Origin: Turneriella sp. | Lineage (GTDB): Bacteria > Spirochaetota > Leptospiria > Turneriellales > Turneriellaceae | Direction: 5' to 3' | Length of the DNA: 64,000 bases | Assembly: GCA_965279515.1 (NCBI GenBank) | Contig: CBDIID010000003.1 | Coordinates: 320,001-384,000, forward strand | Shown: piece by piece, positions 37,651 to 47,322 of the stretch | Position numbering within the stretch: the stretch's first letter is position 1 | Layout of the letters: each line of letters starts with the position of its first letter | Made by a program: the position numbers and the translations under genes | The notes under the pieces: model-generated | The model's database searches: none | Told to the model about the DNA's origin: nothing | What the model saw: the letters and a program-made list of their open reading frames with translations, nothing else

Positions 37651-38563
37651 CTCGTCCCCTTGCTGGTTTTTTGTCAGTTTGAATAGTCATGTTGCGCTTA
37701 GGGCCGCCCGAGGCGTCGAGAATGACGCTACCGGCGCGCGGCGCAATTTTCTCAATTTTGTAATATTCGAGAATTTCAGGATTTTCCGTAATCAGTGCGC
37801 CCATGCGTTCAGCCTTTGCGATATCTTCATGGTTACGCTTACGGTCAAGCGCCAAATCGGCTTCTTTTTCAATCTGCGTTAACAGCGCCTGGCGGTCGGC
37901 GGCGGCGACCTGGTCGAGGTTTTTTGTCTGCGCCGCATAAATCTGGCTATCAGGCACATAGAGGTCGCGCAGTTCAACGGCTTTCAGTTTATACCACGAA
38001 CTTCTCAGCTGTGCATCGAGACGCTTCTGTAGCTCAGCGAGATTGCTGTTATTAAAAAAACCGGTGATGGCCGTTTTAATCTTTTCGAGATTTTTTTCGT
38101 CGCTGTTGATAGCGATGAAATATTCTGAAGCCAGAAACTGCAGCTGTTCTTCGATAAATTTATCCCGCTCTGTCGGCTTCATTTGTAAGGCCTTCAATGC
38201 CGCAAATGTGTCAGCCGGGGGGATCTCCCCCTCGATTCTGAGTTTTAGCTGCACATAAAACAGGTCGCCCAGCCTGAGGTAGGCACTGTATTTCAAGGGC
38301 AGTCTGATCTTGATTTCCTGTACCTTCGGCTGGGTTTCGAGCTGGTACTTTCTAAACCGGTATGGTACAAATAATGTCGGCACAAAGGTCATGCCCGGCT
38401 CGTAGAGGAAAAAGCCGCGGTTCTCAAGCCCGCCGGTGGCGAACTGCGATTGCAGAAAAGTTACATGTCCCGGCGGGACGGACAGAATATTCAGGTAAGC
38501 GACCGTTACAACCGAAGCCAGAGCTAAAATCTGAAAAGCTCTTCTGAAAAAATCTGCGAACAC
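37601..38563 (-). CDS. Membrane-anchored protein, degenerate SPFH/band-7-like
   Basis: N-terminal TM then VPPG; C-terminal coiled coil ending 'ALITENPEILEYYKIEKI'. Confidence 0.55.
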   Translation of the reverse strand: MFADFFRRAFQILALASVVTVAYLNILSVPPGHVTFLQSQFATGGLENRGFFLYEPGMTFVPTLFVPYRFRKYQLETQPKVQEIKIRLPLKYSAYLRLGDLFYVQLKLRIEGEIPPADTFAALKALQMKPTERDKFIEEQLQFLASEYFIAINSDEKNLEKIKTAITGFFNNSNLAELQKRLDAQLRSSWYKLKAVELRDLYVPDSQIYAAQTKNLDQVAAADRQALLTQIEKEADLALDRKRNHEDIAKAERMGALITENPEILEYYKIEKIAPRAGSVILDASGGPKRNMTIQTDKKPARGRDGKGENTDGGEIGRAE

Positions 38564-38569
38564 AGTCTG

Positions 38570-38827
38570 TTATTCGCCGCTATTTTCCTCAGAACCGGGA
38601 GCGTCAGGATTATGCAGGCGTATCGGGCGTTCAGGGGATATCGTCGTCACTGCATGCTTATAGACAAGCGTCTGTTTGTGGTCGTGCTCGAGCACGATGG
38701 TGAAATTATCAAAGCTGACGACCCTGCCCTTGATGGGTACACCGTTGGAAAGGTAGATGGTAATGCCCATCTTTTCCTTGCGGATCTGGTTGAGAATGAA
38801 GTCTTGCAGGTTATTTTTAGTCATCAT
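38570..38827 (-). CDS. hfq: RNA chaperone Hfq
   Basis: NLQD..LN..RK, IYL.NG...KG....[15 protein letters not shown]; follows miaA. Confidence 0.96.
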   Translation of the reverse strand: MMTKNNLQDFILNQIRKEKMGITIYLSNGVPIKGRVVSFDNFTIVLEHDHKQTLVYKHAVTTISPERPIRLHNPDAPGSEENSGE

Positions 38828-38831
38828 GGTA

Positions 38832-39800
38832 TCAGATCGCAAATTCTTTGACAAGCGCGGCAATTCGCTCATTTTCATAAGACGGGTCAACTGTTTTTGT
38901 GTTCGGGGGTTTGGGTGTTGCGTTTTTGTACCATGTCTGCTGGCGTTTCACGAGGCGGATCGTATTCTGCGCGATAGCAGCCTCCACATTCTTCAACTCC
39001 TCCGGCGAAAGTTCCCCGGGTAACCGGCCAGTTGCATCATAAATTTCGAGAAATTCCCGGATGCCGATACCCGTCAGCGCGGGAATCCTTTGCCAGTTTT
39101 TTATGTCACCTTGCTCACGCGCCGCAGAGAGCACCTGCTGCACTTCGGCCACGAGACCTGCGGCGAACATTTTGCTCACACGCTCTGCCGTAAGCCGGCG
39201 CAAACGCTCGCGATCCATGTCGAAGATGAGCATGAGAATCTCAAAATCAGCTGCGATGCCGCCAATCCGGGAAAGGCCGCTGATCGGTGCGCCATGCGCG
39301 AGGCAGAGCATCAGCGCACGCCTGACGCGGATGGTATTGTGCGCGTGGTTCTGCGCCGCTGCCAACGGATCGAGTTTCTGAAGTTCTGCAAACGCTTCCT
39401 GCGGCGCCATAGCGTCGACGCGAGACTGTATATCGATCGGTATATCGATAGCCGGCAACAAACCGTAGAGCAGCGCCTGCAGGTAAAAGTAGGTACCGCC
39501 ACAGATGAGTGGTATCTGCCCTCTCCCCTGGGCCTGCGCAATTTCAGCCTTTGCGGCCCGCATGAATTCCCCCGCGGAAAAGGTTTCGCTGAGCGGTAAA
39601 AAGTTATAGAGCGCATGCGGAAATTTTTTGAGCTCGTTGCCCGTTGGCGCGGCTGAGGCAATCGAAATGCCGCGATAGACCTGGCGGGAATCCGCATTGA
39701 TGATGGTCAGTGGCAAGCCGGAGAGTTGGTTATAGATGAAGGCAGATTTACCGGCGGCCGTCGCCCCGGTGATGATGACTAATTTGGGGCGTGTTGTCAT
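38832..39800 (-). CDS. miaA: tRNA dimethylallyltransferase
   Basis: [20 protein letters not shown]-x-FY, R-x-x-RAL, KRQ-x-TW. Confidence 0.95.
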   Translation of the reverse strand: MTTRPKLVIITGATAAGKSAFIYNQLSGLPLTIINADSRQVYRGISIASAAPTGNELKKFPHALYNFLPLSETFSAGEFMRAAKAEIAQAQGRGQIPLICGGTYFYLQALLYGLLPAIDIPIDIQSRVDAMAPQEAFAELQKLDPLAAAQNHAHNTIRVRRALMLCLAHGAPISGLSRIGGIAADFEILMLIFDMDRERLRRLTAERVSKMFAAGLVAEVQQVLSAAREQGDIKNWQRIPALTGIGIREFLEIYDATGRLPGELSPEELKNVEAAIAQNTIRLVKRQQTWYKNATPKPPNTKTVDPSYENERIAALVKEFAI

Positions 39801-39875
39801 GAAAACTTTTACCGAAGATAGCTAAAATATAAAAACCACGGCGGCACGGCGAGCACGGCGCTGGTTATACTCCAA

Positions 39876-40436
39876 TTAAGTCATATGGGTGCGAACAATT
39901 TGCGCCAGCTCTTCGGCGGCATTCATCAGGTCGTCGTTGACCACAACATAGTCAAAATTGTCTTTTTCCATGATTTCGAGCCGCGCGAGTTCCAGCCGGC
40001 TCTGGATCTCCGCTTCGGTTTCAGAGCCACGCGCACGCAGTCGGCGTTCGAGTTCGAGCATGTCAGGGGGCACGATAAACAGGCTCACCATGCGCAGCTC
40101 TTTGCCGCGCAGCGTCTGCGCCCCCTGCACGTCGATGTCGAGGATAGGATATTTACCGTCTTTAAAGATGCGGTCGAGTTCGCCGACTTCGGTGCCATAA
40201 AAATTTTCGAGCACCTGGGCATATTCGATGAATTGGTTCTCAGCGATGCGTTTTTCAAATTCTTCGCGCGACAGAAAATGGTAGTTGATACCGTCAATTT
40301 CGTTCGCGCGGCGCTGGCGCGTGGTTGACGAAATCGAATGTTTCAGCCGTGGCTCTTTTTGCAGCAGTATGTTAATGAGACTGTTCTTTCCTCCCCCGGA
40401 AGGGGCCGAGATCACGAAGATCGGGCGCTCGAACAT
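39876..40436 (-). CDS. gmk: Guanylate kinase
   Basis: SAPSGGGK, S-x-TTR, G..YHF, YGT, DIDVQG, LR-x-RG-x-E. Confidence 0.97.
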   Translation of the reverse strand: MFERPIFVISAPSGGGKNSLINILLQKEPRLKHSISSTTRQRRANEIDGINYHFLSREEFEKRIAENQFIEYAQVLENFYGTEVGELDRIFKDGKYPILDIDVQGAQTLRGKELRMVSLFIVPPDMLELERRLRARGSETEAEIQSRLELARLEIMEKDNFDYVVVNDDLMNAAEELAQIVRTHMT

Positions 40437-40485
40437 TTTTCAAGATCGGCGAATTTGATGGCGCGTAAACAAGTTTCGCGAGCAA

Positions 40486-41415
40486 TCAGGGGCGGTTATA
40501 ACCGACGCCAAATCTTTCCAGTGAAGCAAGCCTTTCGCGGGCCGCATGCTGGTAAGGGCTGCCTGAATATTTGAGGACCTGTTTGTATGCCGCCTGTGCC
40601 TTATGGGTATCCCGGTGGTACCAGGGCCGCTCATAGAGCTGCCCTAGGTTATACCAGGCCCGATCGAGCGGCAGTTCCTTTAAGGTTTGCCCGGTCTTAA
40701 CGTCTGTGCCCTCGGCCATCAGCGTGCGCGTCAGGTGCGGCAGCGCCGCCTCAAAGCGACCTGCATCTAAAAGAAGCAATCCCAGCCGCAGCCGCGCGAG
40801 TTTACCTTCGGTCGAACGTGGTTGCAATTCGCTGATATAGGCATAGATGCGCTCGGCGTCATTCAAACATTCATTCTTTTTCAGGATTTCCTTCGCGCAG
40901 GCATGGTAGCCGTCAGCGATACGCAGGTATGCCTGCACCTTGAGCTTTTCATCGACGCCCTCAGCCTCGCCTTCAAGCCCGGCATCGCCGCGGCGGGCGC
41001 GCAGCCAAAGTGCGGTCAGCCGGGCCTCGCGGCTGTAGTCGTCGTCACCTGCTTCCTGCGATTTTTTCAGGAATTCGAGGCTTTTATCGGTACGGTTCGA
41101 GCGCAGGTACATGTGCGCATTCTCGAGATAAACTTTGGTCAGGGGATGCTTTTGCGCAGCCAGTGCTGCCGCTTCTTCGCGTGCGGCTTCGGCAGTATCA
41201 TTGCCAGCCGCAGGGCTTGCGGGCGCCGGCGCCGCGGTTTCGCCCGGGGGTGGAGTTACCGGAACGGCCGAAGTGGCAGGCGGTGTGGCCTGAACAGCTT
41301 CGCCGGCAGCTGTTTCGGGCAAAATATTGCCGCGTTGGTCAAAACGCCTTTTCGCGGCAACAACGGGAGATGCCACCGCAACGATCAGGATGTACCAGAG
41401 AGCGGAGCGCATCAT
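40486..41415 (-). CDS. Exported TPR-like protein
   Basis: Signal peptide, Ala/Pro linker, TPR-like helices. Confidence 0.7.
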   Translation of the reverse strand: MMRSALWYILIVAVASPVVAAKRRFDQRGNILPETAAGEAVQATPPATSAVPVTPPPGETAAPAPASPAAGNDTAEAAREEAAALAAQKHPLTKVYLENAHMYLRSNRTDKSLEFLKKSQEAGDDDYSREARLTALWLRARRGDAGLEGEAEGVDEKLKVQAYLRIADGYHACAKEILKKNECLNDAERIYAYISELQPRSTEGKLARLRLGLLLLDAGRFEAALPHLTRTLMAEGTDVKTGQTLKELPLDRAWYNLGQLYERPWYHRDTHKAQAAYKQVLKYSGSPYQHAARERLASLERFGVGYNRP

Positions 41416-42176
41416 TCCATAAATTCCATTTTGTTTTTCGAAGATTTCGGCGCCGTTGCGGCTTTTTCGGCTGCAGGAGCTTTTCGTCGGGGGGCATCCC
41501 CCTCGTCGAAGACATCGCGTGCCTTTGTGGCCGCTGGTGACACGGGTTTCATCGCCTGTGGCTTCTCGACCGCAGGGGCACCGGGGGCTTCCTTCTTCGC
41601 TGAGGTTTCCGCCGCAGAGGGCATCCTGCCCGGCGTAAACCCCGCGCTTCCTTGCGCCGCACCGATTTTCTCTTTGGTCAGGTGTGCATCATCGTCTTCA
41701 ATGGCTTTCTTATCGGGGGCAATGCGGGGTATCTGGTAGCTGTCGCCCAAATAACCGGGGGATTTCTCTTTGGGCCGCATCACGTCTTCGTGCTTGAGCA
41801 CCTCTTCTTTTTCACCCATGAGGTGGCCCATGGTGTCGCGGCCCATGGGTACAAAGCTGGTATCATCCTTCGCCTGCTGCCGCGACGGAAAATCCAGGGG
41901 ATCGACTTCGACGTCTTCGACGAGTTTACGTTTCTTGGCATACTCTTCGCGCATTTCCTGTAAATAAAAGATATCGCGGTTGCGTTCGACGAGTTTAAAG
42001 CCCACCGGTTTGGCATCTGCAAGGCCCTTGTTGATACCGGCAATGATAGCCAGCAAAGCACAGAGCGCCGCAAAGGCCAGCGAGGCCTTCTGTATGATAT
42101 CGCGGATATGGGGGGGAATCTTTTCAATCATCCCGTCGATGCCGGGTATGATCCGACCAAAAATGCGGCGCAGCAT
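41412..42176 (-). CDS. Hypothetical single-pass membrane protein
   Basis: One TM segment, Ala/Pro/Lys-rich tail, 4-nt overlap with the next gene. Confidence 0.65.
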   Translation of the reverse strand: MLRRIFGRIIPGIDGMIEKIPPHIRDIIQKASLAFAALCALLAIIAGINKGLADAKPVGFKLVERNRDIFYLQEMREEYAKKRKLVEDVEVDPLDFPSRQQAKDDTSFVPMGRDTMGHLMGEKEEVLKHEDVMRPKEKSPGYLGDSYQIPRIAPDKKAIEDDDAHLTKEKIGAAQGSAGFTPGRMPSAAETSAKKEAPGAPAVEKPQAMKPVSPAATKARDVFDEGDAPRRKAPAAEKAATAPKSSKNKMEFME

Positions 42177-42267
42177 AGGTTGATTATCGTAATTTTTGCC
42201 GCCTTTGCCCGCAAAAATTACGGATCATATAGGCTTTACTACATGTGCAGCGCACAAAAAATGACTT

Positions 42268-42783
42268 ATGCAGCGACTTAAGCAAAAGTTAAAGCGGCCA
42301 AAATACAAGTTCTGGCTAGGCCTTCTTGCTTCAGGAGTTTTCCTCGTCCTCGAAGTTATTCCCAGAACGGCGGCTTTCGCTGTCAAAACGACAGCTGCTG
42401 CGAAACTTCCCCGCGAGGCAGACATCCGCGATGCGGTCGTGCGCGGTGCACAGAGCTACCTCAACCTTCCTTATATCTTCGGCGGCGCATCACCCAGCGG
42501 TTTTGACTGCAGCGGCCTTGTGCTCTATCTCTACAACCAGCAGGGTTTCACCATGCCGCATGGCGTGATCCATATGCGCCCGACCCTGAAACTTACGAAG
42601 AACCCACAAAAAGGTGATGTCATCTTTTTCCTGAACGACAACGGCATTGCCGGCCACGTGGGGATCTACATCGACGAAGAGCGTTTTATCCATGCGCCGA
42701 AAGAAGGCGCAGTGATTCGTTATGAAAAGTTAAAGCACCCGTACTGGAAAAAACGTTTTGTCGAGGTCCGCTCGGTGCTTTAG
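42268..42783 (+). CDS. NlpC/P60 (C40) peptidase
   Basis: PY.FGG....GFDCSG, GD.IFF, HVGIY, FIHA. Confidence 0.93.
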   Translation: MQRLKQKLKRPKYKFWLGLLASGVFLVLEVIPRTAAFAVKTTAAAKLPREADIRDAVVRGAQSYLNLPYIFGGASPSGFDCSGLVLYLYNQQGFTMPHGVIHMRPTLKLTKNPQKGDVIFFLNDNGIAGHVGIYIDEERFIHAPKEGAVIRYEKLKHPYWKKRFVEVRSVL

Positions 42784-42825
42784 ATAGACACGACGCGCCA
42801 CGGGCAGTCCCTCTGGCTGCACTAA

Positions 42826-42881
42826 TGATAACCCGTTCTCACTTTAATGACAGCCATGTCATTTTTTGGCACGGTGTACGT
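42826..42881 (+). promoter_or_regulatory. Conserved upstream module, copy 1 (two palindromes + TGGCAC)
   Basis: TGATAAC-CC-GTTCTCA; AATGACA-GCCA-TGTCATT; TTTTGGCAC-N7-GT. Repeated upstream of the paralog. Confidence 0.65.
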
Positions 42882-42953
42882 CTGTTTCGCCATTATTATG
42901 TCAGATGAGGCTTAGCGCCTCTCAAATTAGAAATACGTGAAAGGAAGTAAATA

Positions 42954-43994
42954 ATGAAAAAGCTCACAGCTATTGCTTTGATGCTCCTGACCGCCTCTTC
43001 GGCATTTGCCTGGAAAGGTGCGACACACAGCCGTCTTTCGCAAGATGCGATCGACCTATTGAACAGCATGACGAGCAACCCGCAAGCGCAGGCGGCGGTG
43101 CAAAAACTGATCGTCAAATACGGTTCGCTGGCAGCGGCTAAGACCGCATACGGCAACCAGGCAAAAGATGAGGATATCCCCCAGCCAAACACACCGCTCG
43201 GAAACGACCAATGGTACGATGCATGGTGGTCCTATTCGCGCAACGGTTCACCGTCGCTCTTCGGCCTCGTCGACGTCTCTTACTTTGTGGCGCTGACCCA
43301 CTTTGTGAACGCTTTTAATACATCGCCCAATGCTGATGTTCACGGGCAGAAGCCGATGGGCTACCAGTATTATCGCAGCCGCCCGATGTATAACCTCGTC
43401 GGCGACAGCACGACAGGCGACTACGACTGGGTGACAGAGGCTTATAACTATAACCTGAATCCTGAGAGCAGCACTATCACGCGGATGAAAAACCTCTGCG
43501 GCGGATCGTGCGTATTCAACAGCGGTGCCTACAATGACGATTACCAGGATGTCAACCAGCCATCAGGCGCAAGCGCCTGCGCTGCACTCATCAACGGTCC
43601 GTCGGGTTATATCGCCAGCGGTAACATGACGCTGATTGCGCGTTGTTACCACTACATCGAAGACGGTTCGCAGCCGCACCACGCGGGTGCCTACTACGGT
43701 AAGGATCACACTGACTTCGAGGGTTTTGTAGACGATAACTACTACAATTCAGCGTACCAGATTAGCCAGACTCCGGCGAAACTCGCAGAAGCACAGGCTC
43801 TCTTTCCGCTTTTTGCCGGTATGTCAGCGGAAAATATCGTGAAGAATATGGCGCAATTCTCGACAACGAATTGTTATGCGGTTTATACGAACGACTACAC
43901 AAGCAATGAAATCGCTTGCGCAGAACTTCTGATGCCCCGCATCCGCGCTGCAGTAGCGGCAATGACGGCAAACTCAATCCAGAGCCGTCCCTGA
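42954..43994 (+). CDS. Secreted Zn-dependent phospholipase C/P1 nuclease-like protein, paralog 1
   Basis: Signal ending AFA then W-K-G-A-T-H; HYIED, QPHH and HTDFE Zn-ligand motifs. Confidence 0.8.
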   Translation: MKKLTAIALMLLTASSAFAWKGATHSRLSQDAIDLLNSMTSNPQAQAAVQKLIVKYGSLAAAKTAYGNQAKDEDIPQPNTPLGNDQWYDAWWSYSRNGSPSLFGLVDVSYFVALTHFVNAFNTSPNADVHGQKPMGYQYYRSRPMYNLVGDSTTGDYDWVTEAYNYNLNPESSTITRMKNLCGGSCVFNSGAYNDDYQDVNQPSGASACAALINGPSGYIASGNMTLIARCYHYIEDGSQPHHAGAYYGKDHTDFEGFVDDNYYNSAYQISQTPAKLAEAQALFPLFAGMSAENIVKNMAQFSTTNCYAVYTNDYTSNEIACAELLMPRIRAAVAAMTANSIQSRP

Positions 43995-44037
43995 AGATAT
44001 TTATTAACTGTGGGGTTATCCCATAGTTAATAAACCA

Positions 44038-44070
44038 AGACCGCCGGAGTAAACCCCGGCGGTTTTTTTA
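44038..44070 (+). terminator. Rho-independent terminator
   Basis: ACCGCCGG-agtaaac-CCGGCGGT followed by a T tract; a second hairpin at ~44000-44034 precedes it. Confidence 0.88.
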
Positions 44071-44178
44071 TGCCCAGAGTTCCCCTTTAACGACGGGGCT
44101 TTTCACTTTTTCGGAAGTTTCCGCAGCCTGCCCAGGAAGTTCTGAAAAAGCCAGAATCAGAACTTACCCTCCCCTTAT

Positions 44179-44235
44179 TGATAACGCATTCTCAGATTAA
44201 TGACATCGCTGTCACTTTTTTGGCACTCATTCTGT
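44179..44235 (+). promoter_or_regulatory. Conserved upstream module, copy 2
   Basis: TGATAAC-GC-ATTCTCA; AATGACA-TCGC-TGTCACT; TTTTGGCAC-N7-GT. Confidence 0.65.
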
Positions 44236-44324
44236 CACGGCTCGTATATTATGTCATATACGGGATATCCGTATGCATGCAGGTAACCCCTGCAAATTCT
44301 AAATACGTGAAAGGAAGTATATTT

Positions 44325-45365
44325 ATGAAAAAGCTCACAGCAATCGCTTTGATGCTCTTAACCGCTTCTTCGGCATTCGCCTGGAAGGGTGCAACCCACA
44401 GCCGTCTATCGCAGGATGCGATCGACCTGCTCGCCAGCATGACGACGAACCCGCAGGCGCAGGCCGCGGTACAAAAACTGATCGGCAAATACGGTTCGGT
44501 TTCAGCTGCGAAAACCGCGTTCGGTACTCAGGCAAAAAACGAAGACATTCCGCAACCGAACACCCCGCTGGGCAACGACCAATGGTATGACGCCTGGTGG
44601 TCGTGGTCACGTAACGGTTCGCCCTCGCTTTTCGGGCTCGTAGACGTGAACTATTTCGTGGCGCTGACGCACTTCGTGAACGCCTTCAATACTTCGCCTA
44701 ACACCGATGTACACGGTCAAAAACCGATGGGCTATAACTACTACCGTAGCCGAGCCCTCTATAATCTCGTGGGCGACAATTTCACCGGCGATTATGACTG
44801 GGTGACAGAGGCGTATAACTATAACCTGAACCCTGAAAGCAGCACGACAACGCGTATGAAGAACCTCTGCGGTGGTTCATGCCGTTTCAATGCGGGTGCA
44901 TACGACACCGATTACCAGGACGTTAACCAGCCCTCTGGCGCCAGCGCCTGCGCCGCCCTCATCAACGGGCCGCAGGGTTATCTCGCTTCGGGCAACGTCA
45001 CGCTGATCGCCCGTTGCTACCACTACATCGAAGACGGCGCACAACCGCACCACGCGGGTGCTTATTACGGTAAAGACCACACCGACTTCGAAGGTTTCGT
45101 GGAAGACAACTACTACAACCCCGCATACCAAATCAGCCAGACTCCGGCGAAACTTGCTGAAGCTAAAGCGCTCTATCCGCTTTTTGTAGGCATGTCAGCA
45201 GAGAACATCGTGAAGAGCATGGCGCAGTGGTCTACGACTAACTGCTATGCGGTTTACACAAACGACTACACCAGCAACGAGCTCGCCTGCGCAGAAAAAC
45301 TTCTGCCGCGCATTCGTGCGGCTGTCGCTGCGATGACGGCGAATTCGATTCAGACTCGTCCGTAA
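44325..45365 (+). CDS. Secreted Zn-dependent phospholipase C/P1 nuclease-like protein, paralog 2
   Basis: Same 346-aa length and motifs as paralog 1; AAAGGAAG RBS before ATG 44325. Confidence 0.8.
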   Translation: MKKLTAIALMLLTASSAFAWKGATHSRLSQDAIDLLASMTTNPQAQAAVQKLIGKYGSVSAAKTAFGTQAKNEDIPQPNTPLGNDQWYDAWWSWSRNGSPSLFGLVDVNYFVALTHFVNAFNTSPNTDVHGQKPMGYNYYRSRALYNLVGDNFTGDYDWVTEAYNYNLNPESSTTTRMKNLCGGSCRFNAGAYDTDYQDVNQPSGASACAALINGPQGYLASGNVTLIARCYHYIEDGAQPHHAGAYYGKDHTDFEGFVEDNYYNPAYQISQTPAKLAEAKALYPLFVGMSAENIVKSMAQWSTTNCYAVYTNDYTSNELACAEKLLPRIRAAVAAMTANSIQTRP

Positions 45366-45389
45366 ATCGTAGACAGACCAGACGATTTG

Positions 45390-45424
45390 GGGCCATGGGA
45401 TATCCTATGGCCCGCTTATTTTAT
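45390..45424 (+). terminator. Probable terminator hairpin
   Basis: GGGCCATGGG-ATAT-CCTATGGCCC followed by T-rich sequence. Confidence 0.55.
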
Positions 45425-45430
45425 AACCCT

Positions 45431-46732
45431 ATGAAAACATTACTCAGAACCAAAATCTTAATCTTCACTGCGCTGGCACTGTGCTGCAGCGGCAAGGTCA
45501 CGCACGACCTCACGGAACCGGGGATTATCGCGCAGAGCGGCGAATTCCGCGTACCGACAAAGGTATTCCAGGACTTCTTTCTCGCGATGAAAAGATCGGG
45601 ATTACCCGAGCGCAAAGACCCCCGCTCGGCGCTTTTTCTCATGATCGCCGATCATTATCTTGGCGCGGAATACAAAGCAAGTAAGGGAGATAAAATGGAT
45701 CCCGCGATTACGGCGGAGATCGAGAAAGTCTATAACGAAACCCTGGTTTTTTACATCCGCGACAAAAATCCCGAGGCGCTATACAAGGCTTACGTCGGAA
45801 ACTTTACGCTTCCAGACGTGAAGACGCAGAAAAGCCTTTTCAATGAAAAAGCCGAGGCTGCGTATACAAATGTGCCACTGATACGCGAGGCGGCGGAAAA
45901 GATTGTGGTCGCTGCCTACGGCCCCAAGGGCGAAAAAAAGCTCAGCTATGCAGCGCTTTTCGACGGCGCGCCCCAAGCGGGCAAGCTGCATCTTTTCACA
46001 GCGCCAAACGCTGAATCCCTCAAGGAAATGATCCATACGCACTTGCGTAAAGAGTTTGTGCGTGATTTCATCGCCGCAGCGTCGGAAGCCGAAAAGGCAG
46101 AGTATGCGGCGCTCAAGACGATCGTCAGCAACAGTATCTTATCGCGTAACTTTCGCTACGAGATGGGCATGGAGAACGCTAATCCGCACGTCGAGAACAG
46201 CGCCATCAAAGAAAAGGCTAAAGGCATCTCTTTGAGTCGCATCAAGGACTATTACGAAGTAAACAAAGACAAATATAAAGAAGTTCAGACCGTCGATTGC
46301 CGCCATATTCGCCTGAAAAACTACGAACAGGCAGTCAATATGCGGGATAAGATCGAGCACGGCGCCAACATGATCGACTATGTGAAGAAGTATTCGCTCG
46401 CCGAGGACAAAAACGCCGCCGAGCCGGGCCTCATTAAAGATATCAAAAACGACGTAAACCTGCACAAACGGCCGCGTCTCGAAACCCTGTGTATGATGCC
46501 GAAACAGGGTCAGGTCGAACTCGTGCGCGATGGCGAGGTCTATGAGATTGTAAAAGCCGAAAAGCGCATCGACGGTTATCCCCCACTCGACGACACTACC
46601 CACCTCCGGGAAGATCTGTCCCGTGAGATTGCGGCTATGGATTTGAAAAAAGAATTCGACGCCAAAAAGAAATCGATCCTTAAAAGGGTTGATATCAGGA
46701 TAAATAATACCGAATTGGGCAAAATAAAATGA
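45431..46732 (+). CDS. Lipoprotein with PpiC/parvulin-like rotamase domain (PrsA/SurA-like)
   Basis: Lipobox LAL-C; 'IKDYYE.NK..Y....V..RHI.L....A....I..G......KKYS'. Confidence 0.75.
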   Translation: MKTLLRTKILIFTALALCCSGKVTHDLTEPGIIAQSGEFRVPTKVFQDFFLAMKRSGLPERKDPRSALFLMIADHYLGAEYKASKGDKMDPAITAEIEKVYNETLVFYIRDKNPEALYKAYVGNFTLPDVKTQKSLFNEKAEAAYTNVPLIREAAEKIVVAAYGPKGEKKLSYAALFDGAPQAGKLHLFTAPNAESLKEMIHTHLRKEFVRDFIAAASEAEKAEYAALKTIVSNSILSRNFRYEMGMENANPHVENSAIKEKAKGISLSRIKDYYEVNKDKYKEVQTVDCRHIRLKNYEQAVNMRDKIEHGANMIDYVKKYSLAEDKNAAEPGLIKDIKNDVNLHKRPRLETLCMMPKQGQVELVRDGEVYEIVKAEKRIDGYPPLDDTTHLREDLSREIAAMDLKKEFDAKKKSILKRVDIRINNTELGKIK

Positions 46733-47322
46733 GACCAAAACACCTGATCCTGGCGGTTTCCGCGTTTCTCGCCGCGCTTTATTTCCTGACACGCGAATCT
46801 GAAAAGAAAGCGGGTATAGTCCAACGGCAAGAACGCATAACCGTCATTTCGGCGACATATAATGCTGCAGATTATCAGCCCGACCTGGACAATTACCGGC
46901 TCGAGCGCGACGAGCTGATGGCAAAGCCCAACCACAGCGAAGCGCGGCTAAAACCGGAATTCAAAGGGGCTCCCGAATATAAATATTCGAATCTGCGTGC
47001 AAAAGTACCCGGTGGTCCCGTAGATGATTTCGGGGCGCCATTTTTTGTGCCTACGGAAACCGCGATGACCGATCCGAAGATTTTCGAACAAGAGTTGGCG
47101 AAACACAAGGAACGCTCAGAGGCTTATTCTGCGGCGCGTATGGACGAACTCAAGATGAACACGACCGCAGAGAAAACACAGATGCGCGGCGTCATCGACC
47201 AGGCGAAAGCCAGTGGATCAAAAACACCCGAAGAGATTAAACGCGCCGAAGACGCTTACGCACGCATCGAAAATCTTGAAAAAGTACTTAAAGGTGAAAA
47301 GGTCGAAAAAATCCTCGACTAG
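46729..47322 (+). CDS. Hypothetical membrane-anchored protein
   Basis: N-terminal TM; 4-nt overlap with the upstream gene. Confidence 0.65.
   Translation: MRPKHLILAVSAFLAALYFLTRESEKKAGIVQRQERITVISATYNAADYQPDLDNYRLERDELMAKPNHSEARLKPEFKGAPEYKYSNLRAKVPGGPVDDFGAPFFVPTETAMTDPKIFEQELAKHKERSEAYSAARMDELKMNTTAEKTQMRGVIDQAKASGSKTPEEIKRAEDAYARIENLEKVLKGEKVEKILD

Noticed and set aside
39835..39860. CACGGCG x3 short tandem repeat between gmk and miaA
   Set aside because: Too short for CRISPR and has no partner arm; at most a REP-like remnant.
40822..41739. 305-aa plus-strand ORF and similar long antisense ORFs (e.g. 61055-61891, 28117-28890)
   Set aside because: They shadow well-supported genes on the opposite strand, as expected in GC-rich coding DNA.
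44178..44324. Longer N-terminus of PLC paralog 2
   Set aside because: Paralog 1 and the shared RBS fix the start at 44325. The extension is promoter DNA.
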